Shown: positions 37,026 to 46,968 of the stretch, piece by piece
Position numbering within the stretch: the stretch's first letter is position 1
Layout of the letters: each line of letters starts with the position of its first letter
DNA from: Pseudomonadota bacterium
GTDB lineage: Bacteria; Bdellovibrionota_C; UBA2361; OMII01
Assembly (NCBI GenBank): GCA_046300175.1
Contig: JBKCMS010000066.1
Coordinates: 1-60,585, forward strand
Length of the DNA stretch: 60,585 nucleotides
Direction of reading: 5' to 3'
Translations under genes and position numbers: made by a program
Notes under the pieces: generated by a model
The model's database searches: none
Seen by the model: only the letters and a program-made list of their open reading frames with translations
Told to the model about the DNA's origin: nothing

Positions 37026-39101
37026 CTACCAGGGAGCGTAGCGAACGCCATGAGTCTCACAGAGTTGTTGCAGCTCTGTTCGAACCTTTTCCAGGCCACG
37101 CAGGCGGGCATAGTACAGCACCCCGCCACGGAACGGAGGGAATCCGATCCCCATGACGGTACCCAGATCGATCTGTTTCTCCGCCAGAACAGGATCGGCA
37201 CCCGCCACACCCTGGTTAAGACACTTCATGGCCTCGTTGATTAAGTGTAAGATTAGACGATCAGCGAGTTGTTGGCGACTTAGCCTTACTTGCGGAGCAG
37301 AAGGGAGGTGTAGTGCTCGAGTCAGCCCGTCCCACGCCCGCGGTTTTGATTCGGAGTAGTCGTAGAATCCTCGCCCATTCTTGCGCCCCTTACGGTCAAG
37401 TGGAATCAGCATCTCGGCAAAACCGGGAGCGGACATGCGATCACCGTATCCAGCGACCATTACTTTCGACACGTGAGCCGCGACATCGAGTCCGACTTCA
37501 TCAAGCAATCGGATCGGACCCATGGGCATCCCAAAAGCTAATGCGGCACCATCGATATCGTCTATCGCATATCCCTCTTGGAGCAAGAAAAGCGCCTCGT
37601 TCAAATAAGGTATCAGCACTCGATTGACCAGGAAACCAGGCACATCATGCACCACTATGGGAAACTTACCGATCTCAGTAGTCAGAGCCGCAACCTTGGC
37701 AATGGTAGCTTCAGAAGTTTTGTCTCCTTTTATAATCTCTACCAATGGCATCTTTTCAACTGGATTGAAGAAATGCATACCGACGAAGCGCTCTGGACGT
37801 TCTATTGCAGACGCCATCGAAGAAACCGAAAGCGACGATGTATTGGTGGCTAAAATACAGTCAGGATGAACCTGCTTAGCTAGATCTGCAAAGATTTTCT
37901 TTTTTAGATCCAGGTCCTCAAAAACAGCCTCGATCACCACCTTAGTACGAGCAACTGTAGGACTAGAGAATTGAATCCAGTCGATCCGATTCGCCACAGC
38001 AGCGCGTTCAAAGGAGGATAGGTAGCGTAATTTGCTGAGTTCCTTGTTGGTGTGAGCTTTGCCGCGTTCAAGAGAGGCATCAGACGTATCTTTTACTATC
38101 ACCTGGTGGTTGTTTTTAGCCAGAGCTCCTGCTATCCCAGCGCCCATAGTCCCTGCGCCGACCACCAATGCGTGCAGAGCTTCAACTTCCTTTCGCGACG
38201 ACTTGCCGAGAGATTTAGCTGCCTCGGTGAGGTAGAATAGATGTACCAGGGCCTTGCTTTCCGGGCTTACAATCAGAGCACCAAGCTCCGCTGCCTCTAC
38301 TTGCATCCCGGATTTTCGATCGCGGCCTAGCCCAGAGATGGTAACTTCGAGGGCCCTAACCGGAGCTGGATAAAATCCCTTTGTTTGAGCAAGGATTGCT
38401 TTACGAGCATTCCGACGTACGATAGCCCTACCGAGTGGATTACCGCCAAGCAAGCGCTCGGTGAGAGTTGCTGCGCGTCGCTTGGGGGTGAGATTGCCGA
38501 TTGCAATCGCCTCTGCCAGCGAAAAGAGTGCATCAGGTGGGGCTACTCGGTCGACCAGACCGGCCTTTAACGCTTGCGCTGCCCTGAGGGTTTTACCCGC
38601 TAAAATAATATCGAGTGCCTTAGTGAGGCCTACAACGCGGGGCAAACGGTAGGTGCCGCCGAATCCCGGTAGTATACCGAGCTTTGTTTCAGGCAGTCCG
38701 ATCGAGGTTGCCGGGGTATCGGCCGCCACCCGGTAATCACAAGCGAGCACAAGCTCACAGCCACCACCTACACATGGGCCGCTAATGGCCGCTACGGTTG
38801 TGCAAGGAAGGTCTTCTAGGAGATTGTAGGCCTTTTGCCCTTGAGCCGCGAGTTCGGCGCCTTTAATCGGATCGGTTACGCTCTGTATTAGAGATATATC
38901 AGCTCCGACACAGAAAGAATCGAGGGATGGTGCGCGAATGACCAGACCTTTTGGTGCGGACTCCCTTACCGCTGTCAGGGCTGCTACAAATGAGTCGATT
39001 CTTTCAGGCGTGAGGGTGATGGCACGCTCCTCGCTCGATCCCAGACATAGAGTTGCAACGGCCCCATCAGGGGAGAATGTGAGTGAAACGCTACCGGTCA
39101 T
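37026..39101 (-). CDS. fadJ: fatty acid oxidation complex subunit alpha (enoyl-CoA hydratase/3-hydroxyacyl-CoA dehydrogenase)
   Basis: FCVGADI, GGGCEL, PETKLGILPG, GAGTMG, TNTSSL, MHFFNPV, GFLVNR, GFPPFRGG. Confidence 0.9.
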   Translation of the reverse strand: MTGSVSLTFSPDGAVATLCLGSSEERAITLTPERIDSFVAALTAVRESAPKGLVIRAPSLDSFCVGADISLIQSVTDPIKGAELAAQGQKAYNLLEDLPCTTVAAISGPCVGGGCELVLACDYRVAADTPATSIGLPETKLGILPGFGGTYRLPRVVGLTKALDIILAGKTLRAAQALKAGLVDRVAPPDALFSLAEAIAIGNLTPKRRAATLTERLLGGNPLGRAIVRRNARKAILAQTKGFYPAPVRALEVTISGLGRDRKSGMQVEAAELGALIVSPESKALVHLFYLTEAAKSLGKSSRKEVEALHALVVGAGTMGAGIAGALAKNNHQVIVKDTSDASLERGKAHTNKELSKLRYLSSFERAAVANRIDWIQFSSPTVARTKVVIEAVFEDLDLKKKIFADLAKQVHPDCILATNTSSLSVSSMASAIERPERFVGMHFFNPVEKMPLVEIIKGDKTSEATIAKVAALTTEIGKFPIVVHDVPGFLVNRVLIPYLNEALFLLQEGYAIDDIDGAALAFGMPMGPIRLLDEVGLDVAAHVSKVMVAGYGDRMSAPGFAEMLIPLDRKGRKNGRGFYDYSESKPRAWDGLTRALHLPSAPQVRLSRQQLADRLILHLINEAMKCLNQGVAGADPVLAEKQIDLGTVMGIGFPPFRGGVLYYARLRGLEKVRTELQQLCETHGVRYAPW

Positions 39102-39191
39102 TAGCCCTCATTTTTAACATTAAGTGTCTGATAAAAGACCCTATCGCAAAAGTAGCTGCTTAGCAGCAGGGTATCCCTTTTGATATAGGAG

Positions 39192-39412
39192 CTAGTCCGT
39201 ATTTTTCACGAAGCTCGCTACGCTCGCCGTGAAAAATGGGCGGAAACAGACCATCCCTGGCCTGTTTCCTTATCGCCTACAGTTTGTGTGGGACCCATAG
39301 TGCCCACACAAACTGTAGGCTCCAAATTCCTTCGCTGCGCTTGGAGAATTTGCAAGTGCATCCATGCACTTGCTAGCCTGAACAATGCACTCTCGTGCAG
39401 TATTCGGGCTAG
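39192..39412. repeat. 221-bp CTAG-bounded six-hairpin element (family C, one copy in window)
   Basis: Six back-to-back stems including a perfect 18-bp inverted repeat (39275-39320); imperfect terminal inverted repeats. Confidence 0.65.
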
Positions 39413-39516
39413 TCTGGATCTCTCCAAGTTATCGTCTTGTTAGGGGTCCGGCTTTACCTTAATGTCTGGTAGAGAATACCGAATTTAACCGCGGTAGGGG
39501 CGAGAGTGGAGATTCT

Positions 39517-40686
39517 ATGACGCTGTGTGATCTGGAAACCTTTGGATTAAGTTCGACGCGGGGATTTCTGCCACATCAGGACCCCCTAAAGGTTCTGCCT
39601 CAACCTGAGTTCGCTCGTTGGGAGGCGCTGGCTCAAGCGCTGCCTAAGTACATGGCTGCGCTCAGCGTGCGTAAGGCGGTAAATGCGCTACCGGACTTCC
39701 CGGTAGCGCTACTCTCAAACGACGCTGAGCTCAAAAGAGCCATGATGATCGTATCATTCATCGGTCATGCATATGTTTATGGTGAGCGCCCAGTTGTTGA
39801 CCGCATACCTGCGGTGCTAGCTAAACCGTGGCACGAGCTGTCGAAGAAGGTGGGACGTCCCCCGGTACTTTCATACGAATCATATGCCCTGGATAACTGG
39901 CAGCGGATCGATCCTGATGGTCCAGTTGAGATGGGCAATATCGCATTGCTTCAGAACTTTTTGGGAGGCATAGACGAAGAGTGGTTCATTATCGTGCACG
40001 TCGACATAGAAGCTAAAGCAGCTAGGGGCTTAAAGGGGATAGCGGCCGGTCGCCGTGCTGTCATTGCGGCCGATAGCGCTGGCCTTGTGGCTGCGCTAAA
40101 GGAGCTCTCATGCTCGCTTAGTGATATGTATGCTGCATTGTGTCGGATGGTAGAGCATTGCGATCCATTTGTTTACTTTCACCGTGTACGTCCATACATT
40201 CATGGATGGAAGAATAATCCGGCGCTTCCCAATGGATTGATATACGAGGGAGTTGATGAGTTCGGAGGGGTCGGACAGTTTTTCCGCGGAGAGACCGGAT
40301 CGCAGAGTGGAATAATTCCCTGCTGCGATGGATTCCTTGGGGTGGGGCATCAAGAGGACCCGCTTAAAGCTTATTTGATGGAGATGCGGCTGTATATGCC
40401 TCCCCAACATAGGTGGTTTTTAGAGGCGACTGAATCTGAGCCGAGCACTCGTGTCTATGTTCAGTCGCATACCGATGCACCGGGACTTCTCGACGTCTAC
40501 AATGAGTGCGTAGAATGGGTTGAAAAGTTTCGCACAAAGCATCTGGAGTATGCGGTGGCCTACATCGCCAATCAAGCTCAGCGCGATCCAGCTAATCCCT
40601 CTCAAGTTGGTACCGGAGGGACACCCTTCGTTAAGTACCTATCCAAGCACCGCGATGAGACCGGTCCCCATGCGATACGGAGATGA
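39517..40686 (+). CDS. indoleamine 2,3-dioxygenase family heme protein
   Basis: RGFLP, RPPVLSY..LDNW, EEWFIIVH, GETGSQS, MRLYMP, FRTKH (proximal His), GTGGTPF. Confidence 0.9.
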   Translation: MTLCDLETFGLSSTRGFLPHQDPLKVLPQPEFARWEALAQALPKYMAALSVRKAVNALPDFPVALLSNDAELKRAMMIVSFIGHAYVYGERPVVDRIPAVLAKPWHELSKKVGRPPVLSYESYALDNWQRIDPDGPVEMGNIALLQNFLGGIDEEWFIIVHVDIEAKAARGLKGIAAGRRAVIAADSAGLVAALKELSCSLSDMYAALCRMVEHCDPFVYFHRVRPYIHGWKNNPALPNGLIYEGVDEFGGVGQFFRGETGSQSGIIPCCDGFLGVGHQEDPLKAYLMEMRLYMPPQHRWFLEATESEPSTRVYVQSHTDAPGLLDVYNECVEWVEKFRTKHLEYAVAYIANQAQRDPANPSQVGTGGTPFVKYLSKHRDETGPHAIRR

Positions 40687-40788
40687 TCCAGCGTTATTAA
40701 TTTTGGCGTAACTGCTCAGCAAATGCAGAGGCGGTAGCTTTAGCTCCTATTAAGGGGCGGCTTTGCGGAGCAAAGCGGGGCGGAAATA

Positions 40789-40937
40789 TTATATTGATGT
40801 GCAAAAGTCCGTGCCAGTAAAACTGGCAAGGCTTTTGCGTTACATCACTAGAAGTTGTTGTTTTGATTCGCATCCGCGAATCGATAGCGTTCCCCAAAAG
40901 CCCGGATTTCGCTACGGACTTCTGGAGAACGCTATAA
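40789..40937 (+). mobile_element. 149-bp palindromic MITE-like repeat, family A copy 3
   Basis: Ungapped alignment to copy 1; flanks t|TATA...TATA|a. Confidence 0.85.
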
Positions 40938-41004
40938 CTACTCACCAAAAATACTGCATCCCCGATAACCTTTAAAGCTAAGTTCGGCAGTTGCTGGTCT
41001 GAAA

Positions 41005-41122
41005 ATGGCGCATATGACTAAAATCACTTTGTCTTTTGAATTTTCGGTGCTCACCCTGGCGGTGCCAGGGTTGCGCCTCCGAATAGTTCAAAATACTTCG
41101 TGCTTTTAGCCATATGCACCGT
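41005..41122. repeat. 118-bp imperfect palindrome
   Basis: GCATATGACTAAAATCAC..TTTTGAA..TTCGG..ACCCTGGC-GGT-GCCAGGGT..CCGAA..TTCAAAA..GTGCTTTTAGCCATATGC. Confidence 0.7.
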
Positions 41123-41200
41123 CCTCATCCGCATTAAATGCCGAAATTAGGTGAAAACCGGTGCTGGTAAAATTTTGGCAAAAATAAATTGGAGAGGTGC

Positions 41201-41773
41201 TTACGGCATAGACCCGCACTCTGCCCCAGTGTGCTTTTTGATTTTGTTTACCAAGATATCTGAGCCAACTCTGCGACCCTCTGCTTCTACGCAGACACCC
41301 GCTACGAGATCAGATTTTGACGATAGGCCTCTAAAGAAAACGGTTGAACTCGTTATCTTTAGAGTAGTCGTGCCGACTACTAATTCCGGGTCGTTAAAAG
41401 ATTTTATACGGCCCTTAGTCTCGACCTCCATTCCATCAGGAACGCCATCGTCATCGCTGTCTGACTTATCCTCGTCGGAATCTTCATCATCGTCTACACC
41501 ATCATCGTCAGAATCCGCATCACAACGATTTCCTCCGACTGAGGGTTCTAAAATATCGGCAAGTCCATCTCCGTCTGAATCAAGGCCGCGGGTTGAGCGC
41601 TTTAGGCGAGCACGCTCCAAATCAGAGAGCTTTTTGATCGATGCAGCGAGTTTGCGCTCCTCCTGCTTGATCTTAGACACCGCGTTCTGAGCGTTTTTAA
41701 GATCTCTTGGGCCCGCGTAAGCTGACTGAAGGGCAGCAAGAAGAAAAAGGCAGGTCAAAATTAGTTTTAGCAT
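41201..41773 (-). CDS. secreted protein with DxDxDG calcium-binding repeats and DUF5666-like C-terminus
   Basis: Signal peptide ending AYA; DSDGDG, DSDDDG x2; ETKGRI..LVVG..L.AGVCVEAEG. Confidence 0.75.
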   Translation of the reverse strand: MLKLILTCLFLLAALQSAYAGPRDLKNAQNAVSKIKQEERKLAASIKKLSDLERARLKRSTRGLDSDGDGLADILEPSVGGNRCDADSDDDGVDDDEDSDEDKSDSDDDGVPDGMEVETKGRIKSFNDPELVVGTTTLKITSSTVFFRGLSSKSDLVAGVCVEAEGRRVGSDILVNKIKKHTGAECGSMP

Positions 41774-41855
41774 ACGGCTCCGTGCATATGGTTATCTCTA
41801 AATAGTACCCATAACAGCGGAGCCGGGCTAGTGAAAAGATGGCCAGCGGGGCAGT

Positions 41856-42308
41856 TTAGTTAAGGAATCCATTAAAAGTGAGTTTGATGGAGTTGAAAAA
41901 GCTAGTGGGTCTTGATTGACCTTTGACAGTGTAAGCGCCCCGGATATTGACGGTGGTCTCCATAGTGCACGGCATGCCGACGGGTCCTGATGTGGTGATC
42001 GTATACCCGTTGCCAGTTGGGTTAGCTGTAATTGCGCTTAATCCTTGCGCATTGGAGAGAGTTACCGGAATGCGATTTGCCCTGTTGACGATGGTTACCG
42101 AAGCCGTTGGGTTTAGGTGCTGCTTGGCGGTGAGGTCTTGCAACACAGACGCGCGGATTAAACTGGATAAAGATGAAGAAGGGATAACGCAGCGCGCAAA
42201 AATTGTTTTTGAATTTGACGGTGAGGCATGGGCTGCCTGTAGGGCTGCAACAGTTGGCAGAGCAGCTAGGGTAAGAATAAGCGCTTTAAAAGACACAGGA
42301 AATTTCAT
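41856..42308 (-). CDS. secreted hypothetical protein
   Basis: ATG at 42308 with GGAGG upstream; signal peptide ending AHA; two Cys. Confidence 0.7.
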   Translation of the reverse strand: MKFPVSFKALILTLAALPTVAALQAAHASPSNSKTIFARCVIPSSSLSSLIRASVLQDLTAKQHLNPTASVTIVNRANRIPVTLSNAQGLSAITANPTGNGYTITTSGPVGMPCTMETTVNIRGAYTVKGQSRPTSFFNSIKLTFNGFLN

Positions 42309-42423
42309 GATAGGCCTCCGAAAGTCAAAGTTTAGCCACTGACTACATGTCAATCTTTAAGTAGGGTATGCTTCGACTAGCCTGTGATGTGACTTAATCA
42401 GCCAAAAAATCGGCCGAATACCA

Positions 42424-44325
42424 TCAAAGCTTCTCTAGGTACTCAGTAAGCGTCCTTTCTAGGTCGTAATCTTGCTGGTCCCTAGCCAGATCGATTGCCT
42501 CTTCTAGCCGTTCTTTGTAGGTCTCACGATCAAAGTGTTGGGGAGCAATCCGGATCAGGTCAATCGCTTGAATCAGAGCCCCAAGTTGCTCAGCAGAGGA
42601 ATCAGGGGTTTTGCCATAGAGATCTGCCAGGACTAATAGCCCGTTAACTAGGGTCGGTGTAAAGGTAGCTTCAAATTCAAGAGGGCAGGTCTGCTCACGG
42701 ACACGATCAATAGTTTTTAATGATTTTTCCAGCCCCTCAATATGTTTATTAAGGCTTTGAATTTGGGGCTGATCATCCTGGCTTAGTAAAGTAGCCACGA
42801 GCGAGATGTGACAGTCAGTTGATCTTATTAACTCTTGCTGCCACTGTTCGAAGTCAAGAGAAATATCCTGACCAGCCAGTAAAAGGCTATCAAGAAGCCG
42901 CTCTGCCATCAACAGAAAACCTTGGCCTTTATATGCAAATCCTGGACGAGCGATAAAATCTCTGGCGATGGTAATAAGGCTCTCGACTATGCGATATTTA
43001 CTTATGTGCGAGGCCGAATCTTGCAGCTTGAGCATCTCATTTAGTTGGTCCTCGGCTTGCTCTAAGAACTGGTATGCCGGTGGTGAATCTAGGAGCATTA
43101 ATTCTATTTCTAACTTAGCTGCTTTGACCGCCTTATCAAGCAATCGACCGATCGCCGCTTGATGTACCGAGAGCGCCTCATCCACTAGAAATTTTTGTCT
43201 TTGGACTTCGAGTTTTTGAAAGCCAAGCTGAAATTGACTAATTGCAGCGTCAGCCCTTTCTTCGTATGAGCGAGGGTCGTCTATCAATTCCTGGCTCAAG
43301 GCCCTCACAGAAATAGATACCCTTTGGGCTCCGAGTCTTAGTGCAAGTACTTGGTAGTCGGTGCTGCAGTATCTAACCGACCTCTCTAACCTCTCTAAAA
43401 GCACCGCCGCAGCATCAAATTCACCCAGGCCCTCCAGTCTGTCACATATTCGCGAATATCGCTCTATCCAAAGAGTCTGCTGGTGTTGGTCAAATCGGCC
43501 TAAAAAATGAGCAACATGATCCAGAGACTTGGCAGCGGGATAGTAGAAGCCGCGCATCAACAGGCTGTCACTCGCATCGATAAAGTTTCCGAGAACCAGT
43601 TTAAGGGCAAGTTTATATGCGGCGCTATCCTTATCGTGATTATCGTCAGGCGCTGCGAGAAGAGCTAGCGCTTGAGGTGGAGAGTTTAACAGCTGTACAG
43701 CATTTTTTGATTGATATTCGAGCAATTTAAGTTCATTTTCGAGCGGAACTAATTTTAGTTTCGTTGCATTTTGTGCCCTGCGGCAGCCCTTAAAACCCCA
43801 GGACCTGAGAGTTATTATATCTGCACTGCTACTAATATCTGATCGGTAAATGATGTCGGTGTGGAAGCTCCGCAGGGATTCGATAATCCGGCAGATACTT
43901 TGGTTTGGTTGAGAGGAGAACCTGTTTATCGGATAAAACGATGCTAATTCATGCGCTACTATGTAGGCTAAAGCGAAGGCCTCTTTGTTAACGTGACCTG
44001 CTAGATTGATAATAGCAATGCCTCGCAGAACTTCAAGCACTGCGTGAAATGTCCGGTTTATAAGTTTTATCGTACCCGTATCGTCGGGCGCATTCGCGTC
44101 GTGTAATTGCCGAGCATAGCTAACTGCTGAGTAGCTCAGGCGTAAGCGCTCCAGAGAGAAACTTCTGGAATTCAGGTCGCTTGCAGCAAGCGTAGCCAGG
44201 TCCGTGAGGGTTTGGGCCAGCTGGTTATGGTTTTCCTGGGTGAGTCTGAGAGGCTGCCCCTCGCTGTGTTCTGGCGGCAAAGGGTGTTGATGCTTTGTTC
44301 CTTTCTCTTGATGTGGCCCGCTCAT
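42424..44325 (-). CDS. hypothetical alpha-helical (TPR-like) protein
   Basis: 633-aa uninterrupted ORF, Leu/Ala/Glu-rich amphipathic helices; no motif recognised. Confidence 0.7.
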   Translation of the reverse strand: MSGPHQEKGTKHQHPLPPEHSEGQPLRLTQENHNQLAQTLTDLATLAASDLNSRSFSLERLRLSYSAVSYARQLHDANAPDDTGTIKLINRTFHAVLEVLRGIAIINLAGHVNKEAFALAYIVAHELASFYPINRFSSQPNQSICRIIESLRSFHTDIIYRSDISSSADIITLRSWGFKGCRRAQNATKLKLVPLENELKLLEYQSKNAVQLLNSPPQALALLAAPDDNHDKDSAAYKLALKLVLGNFIDASDSLLMRGFYYPAAKSLDHVAHFLGRFDQHQQTLWIERYSRICDRLEGLGEFDAAAVLLERLERSVRYCSTDYQVLALRLGAQRVSISVRALSQELIDDPRSYEERADAAISQFQLGFQKLEVQRQKFLVDEALSVHQAAIGRLLDKAVKAAKLEIELMLLDSPPAYQFLEQAEDQLNEMLKLQDSASHISKYRIVESLITIARDFIARPGFAYKGQGFLLMAERLLDSLLLAGQDISLDFEQWQQELIRSTDCHISLVATLLSQDDQPQIQSLNKHIEGLEKSLKTIDRVREQTCPLEFEATFTPTLVNGLLVLADLYGKTPDSSAEQLGALIQAIDLIRIAPQHFDRETYKERLEEAIDLARDQQDYDLERTLTEYLEKL

Positions 44326-44521
44326 AGTAAAAGCTCTAGCTAGCTGTCTCTCCAGTTTAAGCCAACAGCTAGTTTAACGATATACGGCGGGCTTGACGAT
44401 GTGTTTGATACAGTTCGAAATAGTACGCATCATAGAGTGATTGCACACATTAAAGGCGATGGGAATTAAAAATTGGGGGCTTGTTGGCTAGTCGAAGGTT
44501 GCTGAACTAGACAGAGACCAG

Positions 44522-44917
44522 TTAGCGCCATCTGACTAAAACGGCTCCAGCGGAGACCTCCTGGCCTTTTTGAATCAGGACCTGGTCTACTACACCGTCA
44601 TGTGGTGCTCTGATCGGGTTTTCCATTTTCATGGCCTCAATCACGACCAGCACATCTCCCGTTTGCACCTCAAGACCTTGGGTAGCTAAGACCTCGGAAA
44701 CTATTCCTGGCATCGGGGCACGTAAGTCGGTGACTTTGGCCTGGCGCTGAGCTTTTGAGGAACGATTAGCATTGCCCCTTTTGGAGAGGTCGCTATCTGT
44801 TGCGACCTCTACTTGGTATTCTTGCCCGTTAACTGCGAAGTTCATGAGTGCGCCCACACGGCCCTTGAACTCAACTTGGAACTGCTTTCCGGCGACGGAG
44901 ATAATATATCTGCTCAT
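44522..44917 (-). CDS. biotin carboxyl carrier protein
   Basis: RAPMPG, IEAMKMEN biotinylation motif. Confidence 0.93.
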   Translation of the reverse strand: MSRYIISVAGKQFQVEFKGRVGALMNFAVNGQEYQVEVATDSDLSKRGNANRSSKAQRQAKVTDLRAPMPGIVSEVLATQGLEVQTGDVLVVIEAMKMENPIRAPHDGVVDQVLIQKGQEVSAGAVLVRWR

Positions 44918-45192
44918 AGCGAACTCCGCTCGATCCCCTCAATTAGTCCTACCTGATGCCAGAGGGTACGGATATCAGTTGCACGGAGTGATGAACGCGC
45001 TTGGATGATGGTTCCCTGGGAGTCCACTGTGAGATCTCCTTCGGGTAGCAACGATTGGAGCGAAGCGGCGATCGCCACGATGGTTTCATCGGATGGCTGA
45101 CTGGTACTCGCATGACTTACATCGAGCACAAAGGGGATACCTGAGTGAGAGAGTGGGGGTGGCAACGGAGGTAAAAGTGTAACGGTTCTCAT
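44914..45192 (-). CDS. small accessory subunit of acyl-CoA carboxylase (epsilon/delta-like)
   Basis: Between the carboxyltransferase and BCCP genes, overlapping the BCCP start by 4 bp; PSDETIVAIAA..LW..G pattern. Confidence 0.5.
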   Translation of the reverse strand: MRTVTLLPPLPPPLSHSGIPFVLDVSHASTSQPSDETIVAIAASLQSLLPEGDLTVDSQGTIIQARSSLRATDIRTLWHQVGLIEGIERSSL

Positions 45193-45262
45193 GTGACTAA
45201 GGGTCTCCTGAACATGTTCCGCCTTTCGTTTAGTAAAGTCGGGTTGATCAAAGCCGCTCTCC

Positions 45263-46813
45263 TTAAAGCGGGATGTTACCGTGCTTCTTTTTCGGGTTAG
45301 TTTGACGTTTGCTGGAGAGCAGAGCCAACGCCTCAATCACTTTTTTGCGAGTTTCTCGTGGGCGAATGATGCCGTCTATGAATCCAAGTTGTGCTGCTTC
45401 ACGAGGGTTCGCAAACTTCTCTCGGTATTCGCTAACTAGACGTTCACGCACCTCCTTCTCACACCCCTTTGCAGCAGCGTCCTCAATCTCTTTTCGGAAT
45501 ATGATATTAACTGCTCCCTCGGAGCCCATGACAGCGATCTCTGCCGAAGGGAAAGCAAAATTAATGTCGGCGCGGATGTGTTTCGAGGCCATCACGTCAT
45601 AGGCGCCGCCGTATGCCTTACGGGTGATGACTGTGATCTTTGGTACTGTGGCCTCAGCATAAGCGTACAATAGCTTTGCTCCGTGTCTGATAATCCCACC
45701 GTGCTCCTGCTGGAGTCCAGGTAGGAACCCCGGGACATCAACGAGGGTCAGGATCGGGATGTTGAAAGCATCGCAGAAGCGCACAAAGCGGGCGGCCTTC
45801 ACACTGGCGCTTATATCAAGACACCCTGCGAGGTGTGATGGCTGATTTGCCACAACCCCGACGCTGCGCCCGTTAAGTCTGATGTATCCGATAACTATGT
45901 TCGCGGCGAATGTCGACTGTATCTCAAAGAACTCATTGGCATCAGCTATCGATTCGATTAGCTGTTTTATATCATACGGGAGATTGGGTTGACTGGGAAT
46001 CAGCGTATCTAGTGCCGGGTCCTCACGGGTAGTTATATCGCCAGATGGGATCACCGGTGGGGCATCAAGGTTGTTTTGCGGAAGAAAAGAAAGGAGAGTG
46101 CGGCAGATATCGAGTGCGTCTCTATCGGAGTCTGCTTCAAGATGTGCCACGCCACTTATAGACCCGTGTGTGTCTGCACCACCGAGGACCTCTTTGGAGA
46201 CCTCTTCCTTTGTCACGGTCTTAATGACGTCAGGACCAGTGATGAACATGTGGCTAGTGTTGCGCACCATCACCACAAAATCTGTGATAGCCGGCGAATA
46301 AACCGCGCCCCCTGCGCACGGCCCCATTATCAGGGATATCTGGGGTACTACACCCGAGAGTAGGGTGTTTCGAAGAAATATATCGGCATACCCCCCAAGA
46401 CTCTCAACCCCCTCCTGTATGCGTGCACCACCAGAGTCGTTGAGACCGATGATAGGACATCCGATCTTTTCGGCGAGGTCCATTACCTTGCAGATCTTTT
46501 TAGCGTGCATGGCAGCAAGCGAGCCGCCAAAAACTGTAAAGTCTTGAGCAAACACGCATACGCTACGACCATTGATTGAGCCGCTTCCCACTACCACGCC
46601 ATCGCCCAGATACCGGCGGTCAGCAAGGCCGAAATTAGTCGAACGGTGGGTGACAAACTTATCTATCTCGCTAAATGAACCCGGGTCTAGAAGAGCTAGA
46701 ATACGCTCTCGGGCGGTTAACTTGCCACTTTCGTGTTGCTTGGAGATACGCTCAGGACCGCCACCGGCCTCAGCTTCTTGCTCTAGTCTCGCGAGTTCGT
46801 CTTGATGTGTCAT
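45263..46813 (-). CDS. pccB: acyl-CoA carboxylase carboxyltransferase subunit (propionyl-CoA carboxylase beta-like)
   Basis: [43 protein letters not shown]. Confidence 0.9.
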   Translation of the reverse strand: MTHQDELARLEQEAEAGGGPERISKQHESGKLTARERILALLDPGSFSEIDKFVTHRSTNFGLADRRYLGDGVVVGSGSINGRSVCVFAQDFTVFGGSLAAMHAKKICKVMDLAEKIGCPIIGLNDSGGARIQEGVESLGGYADIFLRNTLLSGVVPQISLIMGPCAGGAVYSPAITDFVVMVRNTSHMFITGPDVIKTVTKEEVSKEVLGGADTHGSISGVAHLEADSDRDALDICRTLLSFLPQNNLDAPPVIPSGDITTREDPALDTLIPSQPNLPYDIKQLIESIADANEFFEIQSTFAANIVIGYIRLNGRSVGVVANQPSHLAGCLDISASVKAARFVRFCDAFNIPILTLVDVPGFLPGLQQEHGGIIRHGAKLLYAYAEATVPKITVITRKAYGGAYDVMASKHIRADINFAFPSAEIAVMGSEGAVNIIFRKEIEDAAAKGCEKEVRERLVSEYREKFANPREAAQLGFIDGIIRPRETRKKVIEALALLSSKRQTNPKKKHGNIPL

Positions 46814-46968
46814 AGCACCAAGGATGCTAACGCGCAGGAGTTATGCCGTAAACGGTAATTGTTAAGCTGTGGGGGTGTATTTGAATTGGGCGGCTTGGTG
46901 AATTAGGCAGTTTGGAGAGCTACGAATTCAGCTTTACGGGAGTTGTCTAAGGGGGTTATCGTAGCTGC

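Noticed and set aside
41005-41122. Integron attC site
   Set aside because: No RYYYAAC/GTTRRRY ends, no integrase, no cassette array.
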